A stretch of DNA of 64,000 bases, taken from positions 192,001 through 256,000 of the forward strand of contig CBDBKE010000002.1 in the NCBI GenBank assembly GCA_965206645.1, given 5' to 3'. A model generated the notes under the pieces. That model saw only the letters and a list, made by a program, of their open reading frames with translations. It did not search any database and was not told the DNA's origin. This DNA comes from Terriglobia bacterium. GTDB lineage: Bacteria > Acidobacteriota > Terriglobia > JAJPHL01 > JAPKYU01. This document shows positions 19,039 to 31,617 of the stretch, piece after piece (within the stretch, counting starts at the first letter, position 1; every line of letters begins with the position of its first letter). The position numbers were made by a program, and so were the translations under genes.

Positions 19039-20714
19039 ATGACATCACCAATTTTGTGCACTACATCAGGCCGGAGTCCAGAGTGTTTATTGTGGGCGCG
19101 GGAGGCGGAAGAGACATCCTCTCGGCCCTGGTGTTCGGGCAGAAGTCGGTTTTAGCCGTCGAGATCAACGAGGATATTATTGACGCAGTCAATGGTCGGT
19201 TCGGGGACTTCACCGGTCATCTCGACCGGATTCCCCGTGTCACGTTCGTCAACGATGAGGCCCGGAGCTACATTGCCAGGCACCAGGAACAGTTTGATAT
19301 TATTCAAGCTTCCCTGACTGACACCTGGGCGGCAACGGCTGGCGGCGCTTTCGTGCTGACTGAAAATTCGCTTTACACCGTCGAGGCCTGGAAACTTTTC
19401 TTCGACCGAACGACCAGCCGTGGAGTTCTCAGCTTCTCCCGCTGGCATCATCGTGATTATCCAGTTGAGCTGTATCGACTCACCTCCTTGGCCTCTGCGT
19501 CATTGGCGCAAACCGGAGTGGAGGATCCCCGGAAGCACATTGTCATCGTAAGGCATCTCCCCGCGGCCCAAGTGGAGGCCGGAATCGGCACGATGCTGGT
19601 GAGCAAGGTGCCGTTTACTCCGGAAGACCTGGAGACCATCGAAGATGTGTCTCGGAAGCTCAGGTTCGAGGTGGTTCTCAGTCCGAGATTCTCTCTCGAC
19701 ACCACCTTTGCAACACTGGCTACAGGAAAAGGACTGGATCAGTTGGCTGCCACTTTCCCTTTCAATATCGCGCCGCCCACGGATGATAGCCCTTTCTTCT
19801 TTCAAGTGTCGCGGCTTCGTGATGTTAGCAACTTGAAGCTGCGGCAGCTGAACCCGTCGCGGTATCTGACCGCAGGAACGCTGATCCTGGGAATTCTGCT
19901 CATCACTGTGCTGGTGCTGACTTGCCTTGCGATTGTTGTCCCGCTTTGGCTGGCCCGCGGCCAGGCGCCACTCAAGGATGCGATTCCACTGCTTCTGTTC
20001 TTCGGCGCTATAGGATTTGGCTACATGTTGGTGGGAATTTCACAAATGCAGAGGCTCATTATTTTTCTCGGACATCCGACTTACAGCCTTTCCGTTGTCC
20101 TCTTTACCATGCTTTCGTCCAGTGGCGTGGGTAGCTTCCTTACAAGGAAGCTCGACAACCCAGATTTGGAAAAATCAGGGCAGCGCCGTCTTCTCTTGCT
20201 GCTCTGCACTCTGGTGCTTTTTGGGTTGCTCGCGCCGCAATTCATTCGCCTGTTCCACGACTCCGTCACGCCAGTCCGAATTCTGGTGGCGAGTGCAATC
20301 CTCTGCCCGATTGGACTGTTCATGGGGATGGCCTTCCCTCTCGGAATGAAGGCAGCCTCCAAGGGGTATGCCGAGTTGACACCCTGGCTGTGGGGAATCA
20401 ACGGAGCTACCTCGGTATGCGCCTCGGTGCTTGCGGTCGCGATCGCTCTGCAGTTCGGCATTTCCAAGGCTTACTGGAGCGGCTTTGCATGGTACTTGGT
20501 CGCTTTTCTGGCCTTCGCTTGGATAGTGCGAACAAAGCGCCAAGGATTTCCCTAAGCTGGCATGGTAGGCTTTTCGTAAACGGCATCCCGGCTACCGGCC
20601 GAGCCACTGCCGCGCTACAGTAGCCGAGTCCGATCACCGCATGTTTGCCGGCAGGCATCCCCGGCGCTCTCGGGCGTCCGGGTCCCCTGCTCTCTCTCCC
20701 CGACGCCTTCCACG

Positions 20715-21125
20715 TTAGGGGGCAGTGGCCGCCGACCGGGCCAGCGCGCGCAGGATGCCGCGGGTGAGGTTGAAGTCCTCGGCCATGGCGTCGTAGAACT
20801 CCTGCTGGTCCAGTTGCAGCGCGAGGGTCGGCTGGGTGGCCCTGGCCGAGTCCGGCTGGGGCTGATCGGCCAGCATGGCGAGTGCCCCCACCTCGGAAGG
20901 GGGGGCCAGCTTTTCCGTCTCCTGTCCATTCCGCAGCAGGACCACTTCGCCCTCCATCAAGGTAAACATACTTTCGGCGGCGTCGTTCTCCCGGTACAGC
21001 AGACTGCCCGCCTCATAGCGAACCTCTTGGGCCAAAGCTGCCAGCCGGGCCAGGCTTTCGGTAGGGACCTCATGGAAGAGGGGGACTTTCTGCAGGATAT
21101 TCACCTTCTCGAGGACAGTCAGCAT
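20715..21125 (-). CDS. Cyclic nucleotide-binding domain protein
   Basis: EKVNILQKVPLF, LYRENDAAESMF..EGEV, GALAML..SARA. Confidence 0.85.
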   Translation of the reverse strand: MLTVLEKVNILQKVPLFHEVPTESLARLAALAQEVRYEAGSLLYRENDAAESMFTLMEGEVVLLRNGQETEKLAPPSEVGALAMLADQPQPDSARATQPTLALQLDQQEFYDAMAEDFNLTRGILRALARSAATAP

Positions 21126-21143
21126 GGCGATCCTTAAGTGGCC

Positions 21144-23644
21144 TCAGCTAGTGGCAGCAGGAGCCAGCCGGGCGTTGGTCCACTGCCAGGTCTCTTCGAG
21201 CAGCGCATCGCCGGCGCGGGAGACGTGGGGTAGGTCGGCGGACAGCTCTGCCAGACGAGCTTCGCCGACCGCGTGCAGGGCGCAGGCGCGCAGCCAGCGG
21301 TCCTCCGAGTGGAGCAGGATGCGCAGGGCCTCGGCTGCTGAGTCCACGCTGGTGCGGACAAGCTGGCGGGCAAAGCCAAGCTTCTGCTGCAAGGTCATCT
21401 CGGGATCCAGCACGTAGGCCAGCGGGCGGTAGAGGTCGGTGCGGAGCAGGTTTTCCAGCACCTCCAGGGCGTTGGCCTGGAGCTGGGGGCGCGGAGAGGC
21501 CAACCCGACAAAGGCGTTGTGGATGTCGCGGGGCGGATACAGTAGAGCCAGCAGGCGGAAGATGCGCTCCAGTTCGTGATCCATGCGCTCGCGCAAAGCT
21601 CGGGAGAGCAATGGTTCGCTGCCCGGGGCCCGCGATGCGGTGCTGGCGCGTGGGTCCACGGCAGCCAGGATCTGGAAGGAGCGGTAGTAGCCCATCAGCT
21701 CGGCCCGCAGCACGTCTTCGCGCTCCGCGTTGGGCACCAACAGCGCCGGATGCGAGCGGCGAAGTTTATTCATGGCTTTCAGCACGTCATAGCGCAGCCC
21801 GGGCTCGCCTTGGATGAGGCTGCTGGCCAGCACCGCGGCCGCCTGCTGGCTGGGGATGCTGGCCAACACGCCAGGGATTTGCTTGCGGACGGGCAGCGGG
21901 ACGTCCTCGTCGTTGAGGTGGTCCTGCAAGGTGCCCACAGCGCGCTCGCCGTACTGAGCTAGAGCAGCGCGGGCGGCGGAGGCCAGGCGGCGCCGTCCCA
22001 GCTTCTCAATGATCAGCGGCAGGTACTCAAAGCGTTGGATGTTGCCGGCGCTCAGCAGCGCGTGCCCGGCCACATCAGGGTCGTCATCACGCAACAGGTT
22101 CAATAGCTCGGAGTGAAGGGGAGAGGGCGCCGGAATTGTCCCCAGCACGCGGGCAGCTTCGGTGCGCGCGCGCGCTGGCGAACGGCAGGCGAGAGATGTC
22201 CGAGCAAACCGCGGAGCATGGGGTGGTGGCCGGGCTGGCCCCCCACCTCAAACAGGCTTAGCCCGTACAAGATTTGCTGCTCGTCGCCCTGTTCCAGTGC
22301 CAGCGCCAGCACCCCGGTCGTGGTGGCGTCCAGTATGCCGGTAGCGGTGCGTTCCGGATCCAGGGCGTGACGCTCGATGGCCCGCCGCAGCACGTTCAGG
22401 TATTCTTGCCGGACACCGTACGCGATGCCGATCCAGCCCGTCAGGAAGACAAAGTTAACCACGCTGATGCGGCCGGGACTGAAGTGCAGCAGGTTGGCGA
22501 AAACCCACAGCACCAGGCCCGCTGCCCCGTCGGCGACCCGGTACATAAAAATGTCGAGAAACGACTTGATCTGGCTCTTGATGTCGGGCGCCATGGGCAG
22601 GTAGAGCAGTTCGGTGCTGGAGCGATCCAGGGAGTAGAGCAGCAGATTGTGGCTGCCGCGGAGCACCACCACCGAAACCAGGGTGGGAACCAACAACACG
22701 AGCATGCTTCCCGCCAAATACACGAAAGGCAGGATCAGCAGGGTGACCCGGATGCCCAGGGAGCGTAGCAAACGTCCGGTCAGAATCAGTTGCAGCAAGA
22801 AGGAAGCCACGCCCATGTAGCCGTAGAATTGGCCGAAGAAAGCGGTCAGCGCAGCCTTGTCCGTCCCGTAATGGGCCTTGGCAATGACCTTGAATTGATA
22901 GCCAATGATGGTGGTGGACACCGAGCCAATCACGATCAGCGCGGTAATCAGCAGCAAATAGCGGGAGCCACGAAGCAGCGCCAGGCTCTCGAGGAGGTTC
23001 TTCGGGGACTGCTCGCCCGCGCTCGGGGTCGCATCCAGGCCAGCAAGCCGTCGCCGCGTCTTCCCGAACAAGATCTTGACCAGCGGCATGCACATTCCCA
23101 GCGAAACGGCCATGGCCAGCAGCAGCGTCTCGGAGCGCACGTACCGTGTCGCCGCATTCGTAAAGAAGCCGCCGAAAATCCCGCCCAGGATGGCGCCGGC
23201 GCCGATGAAGCCAAAGACTCTCCGGGCTTGCCGCGTGGTCAGCACGTAGTTGGCCATCGTCCATCCCGTCGCCGTGCCCACCACCGCCGCCGTGTACACC
23301 CAAAGGTAAATCAGCACGTAAACGAACTTGCCGGGCAGGTGCGTCAGCCACCAAAACAAGAGAAAAGACAGGGAAAAGAACAGAAGCGATCCGGTGATCA
23401 ACCGTTCCAGCCGTAGCCGGTGCGACAGGCGGATGTAGACCCAAACGAAGAGGCCGCTCGACAGCGCCGTACCCATAATCACGTGGGGCAGGTAATTGGG
23501 AAAAGCGTTCAGGAACAGGGCGTCGCCCACCGACTGCCCCATCATGTAGAAGGCGATCACCAGAAACAGGTAGAGGAACAGCAGCAGGGCCGGCGCGAAC
23601 TCGTGGCGGCGCACGTTTAGCGCTTTTTCAAGGTAGCCGATCAT
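21144..23644 (-). pseudogene. Npt1/TLC-family nucleotide transporter fused to HEAT repeats, split by a frameshift at ~22170
   Basis: TLC motifs (RQARRVFGFIGAGAILG, YSLDRSSTELLYLP, KSFLD) in 22100-23644; HEAT repeats in another frame at 21144-22160; junction lies on (GC)6 at 22164-22175. Confidence 0.8.
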
Positions 23645-23911
23645 GACCGTCGGGAGGCACAAGGCCGGGCCGCGGTGGTGGAAATCCGGAATGGACGCTT
23701 TACCACAATAGAGGCCCGTTCGTGGCGTCGGCGTCAATCTAATCTGCTCCCTTTTGGATTGCAAGTGTATCCTGAGTCCAAGTTGCCACTTCGGCTGGCA
23801 GCTTTCGCCGGTGCCGCTGAGCCAGGTAGAAGTCCAGCGTTGCCGGACGACGCCAAAGGCGAGTAAAGTTCATCCCAGCAGGCAGACCTGCGCAGTTTCA
23901 GGAAGAGCTCG

Positions 23912-24715
23912 ATGTCGTGCCGTCCTTCAGGAGCGTTGCTCGGGGCCGCGCTGGCCGGCCTGGTCGCCGCCGGCTTCCTGGTTGCTGCGGAAGAGCCGAA
24001 CCTTACCCCAGAGCGAACACGACAGTTCCTGCTGAGGGCCAAAGTGATCCGCAGCCGGCAGCTCAGCCGAGGCATCACCGCTCCATGGCGGCTGACGCTG
24101 ACGGACGGCACGCTGACGCACGACGCCGCCTTCCAGTCCGTTGACGAACGCAAGCTCACCGGCCACACAGAGCCAAACTTCCGCGACTCCTACCACTTCA
24201 ACATTGCCGCCTACGAGCTAGCCAGGCTACTCGCCCTGGGGCACATGATGCCGGTGACAGTGGAGCGCAAATGGGCCGGCAAGACCGGCGCGCTGAGCTG
24301 GTGGGTCACCTTTAAGTGGCACGAGCGGGATCGCTTTCTGAAAAAGCTGCGGCCGCCCGACCCGGAAGCCTGGGACCAACAGATGTACAGGGTGCGGGTG
24401 TTCTCCCAGCTCGTCTATGACACCGACCGCAACCTGGGAAACCTGCTGATCACCGAGGACTGGAAGCTTTGGATGATTGACTTTACGCGCGCCTTCCGCT
24501 GGCATCACGAGCTGCGGAGACCCAAGGACCTAGTTAAGTGCGACCGGCAGTTGCTCGAGAAGCTGCGCCAGTTGAGCGCGGCCGAAGTTCGGGAGAAGAC
24601 GCGGCCCCACCTGAACGCACCGGAAGTCAAAGCCCTGATCAAGCGGCGCGACAAGATCGTGGCGCGCTTCGAGAAGCTCATTGCTCAGAAGGGCGAGGAC
24701 CAGGTCCTGTACTGA
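23912..24715 (+). CDS. Secreted hypothetical protein with kinase-like (PI3/4K-HipA-like) motifs
   Basis: Signal peptide; IAAYELARLL..MPVTVER, YDTDRNLGNLL and WMIDFTRAF. Confidence 0.7.
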   Translation: MSCRPSGALLGAALAGLVAAGFLVAAEEPNLTPERTRQFLLRAKVIRSRQLSRGITAPWRLTLTDGTLTHDAAFQSVDERKLTGHTEPNFRDSYHFNIAAYELARLLALGHMMPVTVERKWAGKTGALSWWVTFKWHERDRFLKKLRPPDPEAWDQQMYRVRVFSQLVYDTDRNLGNLLITEDWKLWMIDFTRAFRWHHELRRPKDLVKCDRQLLEKLRQLSAAEVREKTRPHLNAPEVKALIKRRDKIVARFEKLIAQKGEDQVLY

Positions 24716-24885
24716 TTCCTCCGCAGATTCGGCAAAGACTTCAAGCCACGCAACGCTTGACGGCGCGCGATGTTGCTTGACAGGCAGAAGTCCCCATGAT
24801 AGAAGAACTTATAAGCGTCGTCCTCGGGGACGCACGGGCTGGTTCGTCGGCCTCGCTCGTCAGGACCGAGTTAGCCACTCTCGTC

Positions 24886-25173
24886 ATGAAGACCAACGTA
24901 ACCCGGACCGCTATGCAGGTGGCCGCGCTTATGGCTGGGTTGGCGTTGCTCGTCATCACCACCGCTGCCTCCTCGCCGGGCCTATTTCATGGTGACGATT
25001 TCAACCACTGCTGCGAGTTTTGTCACCTGGGGCATGTACCCATTTTGAAGCCGGTTCCTCGCGTCACCTGCCACGCGCCTCCGCTACAAGTTTCTTCTCT
25101 CGGAATTGAAACTGCCGGAGCACCCGATTCCTTCTCCGCCGTTCCCCGCGCCGCCCGCTCTCCTCCTGCATAG
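24886..25173 (+). CDS. DUF2946/CruR-like leader protein (TM, CxxCH, C-terminal RSPP)
   Basis: Hydrophobic N-terminus, HGDDFNHCCEFCH and final RAARSPPA*, directly upstream of a TonB receptor; alternative start at 24796. Confidence 0.7.
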   Translation: MKTNVTRTAMQVAALMAGLALLVITTAASSPGLFHGDDFNHCCEFCHLGHVPILKPVPRVTCHAPPLQVSSLGIETAGAPDSFSAVPRAARSPPA

Positions 25174-25274
25174 AACACTCTTCCATAGAACACTCTTCTT
25201 TGGTTTAGCTCTGGGGTTTTAGCTCTGGTTGTGTTTAGGGAATGCCGCCGACCACGGCTCGGTAGCGGGAGCGT

Positions 25275-27587
25275 TTGCCTCGAATGAAGGCCAAGCAGGA
25301 TGAGTTGATGCTTCTTGCCAAACGCCTATTCTTTGTTTTGACGGTTGGAATCTTCTGTTTCTTCCCTTATGCCAGCCTCAACGGCCAGCCTCACGGCTCC
25401 ATTGAGGGACGAATCATCCTAGCTAACACCGGAGAGGCGCTCGATCGAGCTGCGGTGGTGATTGTCGAGCTGGGACGCACGGCGACCACCGATGAGGAAG
25501 GCCGCTACCGCTTCGACCAAGTTCCTCCAGGCAGCTACCGTTTACTGGTCCACCTTGACAGCACCTTAACGGAAGAGACCCGGAGCGTGGAAGTGAAGGC
25601 CGGTGTGGTAGTCACCGCGAATTTCGCGCTTGAGGTCGCCCCCGAGCGGTATGAACTCACGGTCACTGCCAGCGGACGCAAGGAAACAGCCTTTGAATCC
25701 TTTCAGAGCGTCACCTTGCAGACTTCGTTTGACATGGCGGACTCAATCGCGCCGGGGATCGGCGAGGTCCTGGCTGGCCGGCCCGGCAACGGCATTGCCG
25801 CACGCAGCTTCGGCCCAGGCAACTCGCGGCCCATCGTGCGCGGATTTGACGGGGACCGCGTACTGATTATGCAAGATGGGATTCGTACCGGAACTCTTTC
25901 CTCGCAGTCGGGCGATCACGGAGAGCTGATGAATACGGCGGCTCTGGACCGGGTGGAAATCGTGAAGGGGCCTGCGACTCTGCTTTACGGCAGCAACGCT
26001 CTGGGAGGAGTGGTCAACGCCATCACACGCCATCACGCGGTACACGTACACCCACACGCAGGTCTGCGAGGCCACGTTTCCGCCACTGGGGGCTCAGCCA
26101 ACGCGTTTGGCGGCAGCACGGGTGGTTTCGAGTATGGGATCGGTAAATGGATGATCTGGGGCGGTGGAGGCGGCCAGCGAAGTGGAGACTACAGCACTCC
26201 GGAAGGCAAAGTCTTTAACTCCGGAACCCGCGTGGCCAATGCCTACGGCGGTGTTGGCTGGTATGGAAACAGGAATTTCCTCAGCTTTGGCATCCACGTA
26301 GATGACGGCGTTTACGGTGTGCCGTTTGCTGAACAGTTCGGGGCCCACGAGGAGGAAAGCGAGGACCCCAAAGAAAGAGAAGTTGAGAGAATCGAGCTGG
26401 ACTCGCGGCGCCAGTCCTATCAGTTCAACTGGCGCCTTCGCAAGATGGGTTCGGCAATCGACAACTTTGCCCTGAAGCTGAATTTTACCCAGTGGGAACA
26501 CGACGAGATTGGGATTTTCACCGATGGCGGGCGCGAGGCGGGAACCAACTTCAACCAGGAGCAATTTGTTTACCGGGGTTCTTTTGAGCAATCCAAACTC
26601 GGTCCGCTCACCGGGCGGTTTGGGTTCTGGGGTCTGGCTCGGGATTACGACGTCCGCGGGGAGGAAGCGCTTTCCCCTCCGGTGGACCAGAACGCGTTTG
26701 CTGTGTTCGGGCTCGAGGAACTCAAGTTCGAACGAGTCAAGCTCCAGTTCGGTGGTCGACTGGAGAGGACCAGCTATCAACCAAAGGTGCTGGTGGGCAA
26801 CCAACTTGCACTTGGATTGCCGAAGCGCACGTTCACCGGAGCTTCGGCGGCGGCCGGCGTCCACCTCGGCTTATGGCGGGACGGCGCCCTGGTGGTCAAC
26901 TATGCCCATTCGTCCCGCGCGCCGGCACTGGAAGAGCTCTACAACTTCGGTCCTCACGTTGGCACCCTCTCCTTTGAAATCGGCGATCCAGATCTCTCGA
27001 CCGAGATCGGCAACGGTGTGGAGGTCTCGCTTCGCCAGAGGGGCGGCAGGGCGCGGGGCGAGCTGAACTTTTTCTATTACAACTTCGACAACTTTGTTTT
27101 CCCGTTCGCCACCGGTGAGGTCGCGGAGGGTCTGCGCGTCATCCAGTTCACCCAGCTCGATAGCCGCTTCCTGGGAGCGGAGGTGAACTTGGACTTCGGG
27201 CTTCATAACAACCTATGGCTGAACCTGGGGATGGATCTTGTGGACGCGCAAGAAACAGTCAATAACAACCCCTTGCCACGCATCCCGCCGCTTCGCGGCA
27301 GGGTGGGTTTTGACTTCCGCTATCAGGGCCTGAGTGTAAGGCCGGAAGTAATCCTAGCCAATAGCCAGCACCAAACCTTTGGCGGAGAGTCGCGGACGCC
27401 TGGCTACACCGTGGTCAACCTGAAGGCCTCCTACACGATTGCACGAAGGCGTATTGTGCATCAGTTCGCGGTGAATGTCTTCAACATCGCCGATCGGCTC
27501 TATCGAAATCACACCTCTTTCATCAAGAACTTCGCGCCGGAAATTGGGCGTGGAATTCGCTTTACGTATCGGATTCGATTCTTCTGA
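25275..27587 (+). CDS. TonB-dependent receptor (metal uptake, ZnuD-like) with carboxypeptidase-regulatory-like N-domain
   Basis: SRPIVRGFDGDRV, DHG, VEIVKGPATLLYGSNALGGVVN, RAPALEELY..GPH, His-rich and acidic loops, C-terminal F. Confidence 0.92.
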   Translation: MPRMKAKQDELMLLAKRLFFVLTVGIFCFFPYASLNGQPHGSIEGRIILANTGEALDRAAVVIVELGRTATTDEEGRYRFDQVPPGSYRLLVHLDSTLTEETRSVEVKAGVVVTANFALEVAPERYELTVTASGRKETAFESFQSVTLQTSFDMADSIAPGIGEVLAGRPGNGIAARSFGPGNSRPIVRGFDGDRVLIMQDGIRTGTLSSQSGDHGELMNTAALDRVEIVKGPATLLYGSNALGGVVNAITRHHAVHVHPHAGLRGHVSATGGSANAFGGSTGGFEYGIGKWMIWGGGGGQRSGDYSTPEGKVFNSGTRVANAYGGVGWYGNRNFLSFGIHVDDGVYGVPFAEQFGAHEEESEDPKEREVERIELDSRRQSYQFNWRLRKMGSAIDNFALKLNFTQWEHDEIGIFTDGGREAGTNFNQEQFVYRGSFEQSKLGPLTGRFGFWGLARDYDVRGEEALSPPVDQNAFAVFGLEELKFERVKLQFGGRLERTSYQPKVLVGNQLALGLPKRTFTGASAAAGVHLGLWRDGALVVNYAHSSRAPALEELYNFGPHVGTLSFEIGDPDLSTEIGNGVEVSLRQRGGRARGELNFFYYNFDNFVFPFATGEVAEGLRVIQFTQLDSRFLGAEVNLDFGLHNNLWLNLGMDLVDAQETVNNNPLPRIPPLRGRVGFDFRYQGLSVRPEVILANSQHQTFGGESRTPGYTVVNLKASYTIARRRIVHQFAVNVFNIADRLYRNHTSFIKNFAPEIGRGIRFTYRIRFF

Positions 27588-27665
27588 CCTTCACCCTTTC
27601 AGCAGCCCCCGTCATTCGCGAAATAGGCTGAGCTCCCAGATCTCTTGCTCCAGACGCGCCGGCGG

Positions 27666-28715
27666 TCAGGAGCGCAGCGCCTGGCAGAGGGCATCGCCCA
27701 CCTGGCGGGTGCCGGCCCGGCCGCCCAAGTCGGGCGTCCGCATTCCGGAAGCCACCACCTGCTCCACGGCCGCTTCAATCGCCGCCGCCTCGCGCTCCAG
27801 CTTGAACGAATGGCGAAGCATCAGGGCAGCCGACCCGATCGCGCCCAGCGGGTTGGCGGCGTCCTGACCGGCGATGTCCGGCGCGCTGCCGTGCACCGGC
27901 TCGTAAAGCCCGGGGCCGCTACCCAGCGAGGCCGAGGCAAGCATGCCGAGGGAGCCGGCCAGTACGGCCGCTTCGTCGCTGAGGATGTCGCCGAACATGT
28001 TCTCGGTCAGCAACACGTCGAAGGCGCGCGGGTCCGTCACCAGCCTCATCGCGCAGCTATCTACCAGGGCATGCTCCAGCTCGACGTCGGGAAATTCGGC
28101 GGCCACTTCGTTGACCACTCCCCGCCAAAACTGCGACGTTTCCAGAACGTTGGCCTTGTCCACCGAGGTCAGCTTCTTGCGGCGCCCGCGGGCCAGTTCA
28201 AAGGCGGTGCGCGCGACTCGATCGACTTCCTGGCGCGTGTAGCGCAGGGTGTTCAGCCCGTAGTCGGCGGCCAGCTCGCGCGGCGTGCCGTAGTAGATAC
28301 CACTGGAGAGCTCGCGGACCATCAACAGGTCGGTGCCTTGCACCACCTCGGCCCGTAGTGGAGAAAATCTCTCCAGCCCTGGGAGGATGCGCGCCGGGCG
28401 CAGGTTGGCGAACAGGTCTAACTCCTTGCGCAGCCGGAGCAGGCCGCGTTCCGGGCGCTTCTCGGCGGGCCAGTTGTCGAATTCCGGCGCGCCAGCCGCG
28501 CCAAACAAGATGGCAGCACAGTCCCGCGCCGCCTCCAACGTTTCCGGGGGCAGCGGGGCGCCTGTGGCGTGAATGGCCGCGCCGCCCACCAATCCTTGAC
28601 AGGTTTCCACGTCATGGCCGAAAAGTTTGGCCACTCGCTCGATGACCTTCATCGCTTCGCAGATTACTTCAACACCGATTCCGTCCCCGGGCAAAACCGC
28701 AATTTTTAAGCGCAT
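27666..28715 (-). CDS. leuB: 3-isopropylmalate dehydrogenase
   Basis: [39 protein letters not shown]. Confidence 0.97.
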   Translation of the reverse strand: MRLKIAVLPGDGIGVEVICEAMKVIERVAKLFGHDVETCQGLVGGAAIHATGAPLPPETLEAARDCAAILFGAAGAPEFDNWPAEKRPERGLLRLRKELDLFANLRPARILPGLERFSPLRAEVVQGTDLLMVRELSSGIYYGTPRELAADYGLNTLRYTRQEVDRVARTAFELARGRRKKLTSVDKANVLETSQFWRGVVNEVAAEFPDVELEHALVDSCAMRLVTDPRAFDVLLTENMFGDILSDEAAVLAGSLGMLASASLGSGPGLYEPVHGSAPDIAGQDAANPLGAIGSAALMLRHSFKLEREAAAIEAAVEQVVASGMRTPDLGGRAGTRQVGDALCQALRS

Positions 28716-28804
28716 GAACTCTTAGTGAACCTCTCTTAGCAGGATGCTCAATTTCACCCCTCACGAAAGTATTCGTATGCGGGAAGAAAATGGAAGCTTT
28801 TTTC

Positions 28805-28922
28805 TATCCGCAGACGTCGCAGAAGATGTCGCAGATTGGCACAGGTGGACACAGGCGGGCGGGCAGCCGGGACTCTTCGGGTCGAGTCTCAGCATCTGCG
28901 AACTCTGCCTAATCTGCGGATT
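28805..28922. repeat. REP-like palindromic element (ATCCGCAGA...TCTGCGGAT)
   Basis: Repeated CGCAGA units with inverted ATCTGCG units between leuA and leuB; related copies at ~37311 and ~41750. Confidence 0.55.
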
Positions 28923-28924
28923 AT

Positions 28925-30499
<1,575 letters not shown>

Positions 30500-30557
30500 C
30501 GAAACCTCCCGGGCTGACGCTCAGCGCCGAAAGTCCTAGCATGCCGGAGTTAGCCAG

Positions 30558-30602
30558 ATAACGCAAATTTATAATTCTTTTAGGAAGATAAGCTTCTGTT
30601 AT
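30558..30602. promoter_or_regulatory. Two LysR-type boxes ATAA-N7-TTAT
   Basis: ATAACGCAAATTTAT (30558-30572) and ATAAGCTTCTGTTAT (30588-30602), both T-N11-A, in the divergent leuA/LysR spacer. Confidence 0.65.
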
Positions 30603-30612
30603 AATCACCGCC

Positions 30613-31515
30613 ATGGAACTCAGCCAACTGGAAGTCTTCCTGGCCGTGGCCACCGAAAAAAGCTTCTCCCGGGCCGCCCAGCGGCTGCTGCGGACCCAGC
30701 CCGCCGTCAGCCTGGCACTGCAAAAGCTGGAGGCGGAATTAGGCGAGACGCTGGTGGACCGCTCGCTGAAAGACGGCACGCTCACCGACGCCGGACGCAT
30801 CGTGCTGGAGTACGCGCAAAAGTTTGAGAACCTGCGCCGCGACCTGAACAACGCGCTGGTGGAGCTGCGCGACAACAGCACCGGACGGCTCACCATCGGC
30901 GCCAACGAGAGCAGCGTCATCTACCTGCTGCGCCACGTCCACAACTTCCGCGCTCTCTACCCGCGGCTGAAGGTGGAGGTGCGCCGCAGCCTCTCCAGCC
31001 GAATCCCGCAGGACGTGCTGGAGAATTCGGTGGAGCTGGGCGTCATCTCCTACGAGCCTGCGGACCGCAACCTGCGGTCCATGATCATCTACACCGACCA
31101 TCTAGCGTTTGTGGTCTACCCGGGACACCGCCTCGGGAGGAAGCAGCCAGTCAAGATCCGCGATTTGGGGATCGAGACCTTTATCGCCCACAACGTCGTC
31201 TCCCCCTACCGGCAAACCGTGCTGCGCGCCTTCCAGAAGCACAAGGTGCCGCTCAACATGGAAGTGGAAATGCCCACGCTGGAGGCCATTAAGAAGGCGG
31301 TGCAGTCGCGGATGGGGGTGGCCTTTCTACCGCGGATGGTGGTGGAGCAGGAGCTGGAAGCGGGCACGCTGGTCGAGGTGCCGATCAAGGAACTGCGCGT
31401 GGAGCGCAAGATCCGCCTGCTGCACCCCGGGCGCCGCCATCTCTCCCACGCCGCCCGTGCTTTCCTGGACGTGGTGCGCCGCTCCGGCGCCGTCGAGGAA
31501 GCTGCCACCAGCTAG
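30613..31515 (+). CDS. LysR-family transcriptional regulator, divergent from leuA
   Basis: LEVFLAVA..SFSRAA..TQPAVS..LEAELG..LT.AG HTH plus substrate-binding domain. Confidence 0.95.
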   Translation: MELSQLEVFLAVATEKSFSRAAQRLLRTQPAVSLALQKLEAELGETLVDRSLKDGTLTDAGRIVLEYAQKFENLRRDLNNALVELRDNSTGRLTIGANESSVIYLLRHVHNFRALYPRLKVEVRRSLSSRIPQDVLENSVELGVISYEPADRNLRSMIIYTDHLAFVVYPGHRLGRKQPVKIRDLGIETFIAHNVVSPYRQTVLRAFQKHKVPLNMEVEMPTLEAIKKAVQSRMGVAFLPRMVVEQELEAGTLVEVPIKELRVERKIRLLHPGRRHLSHAARAFLDVVRRSGAVEEAATS

Positions 31516-31617
31516 CGCGTAAATGTGAAAGCGTGCTGAACCGCTGGGTGCCGTTTCAGCAGGCAGCTAGACATCGGCGTGCCGCTGAATATCATGCTAG
31601 GTTGTGAGGATAAATAA

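Larger units (their letters stand above)
16842..20555 (+). pseudogene. Membrane protein fused to a spermidine-synthase-like SAM-dependent domain; in-frame TAG and IS insertion
   Basis: LLYEVLLTRIFSV..WYHFAF N-terminus; in-frame TAG at 17406-17408; removing the IS restores DYLRHDITNFVHYIRP; VGAGGGRD, VEIN, DEARSY and TDDSPFF motifs. Confidence 0.88.
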
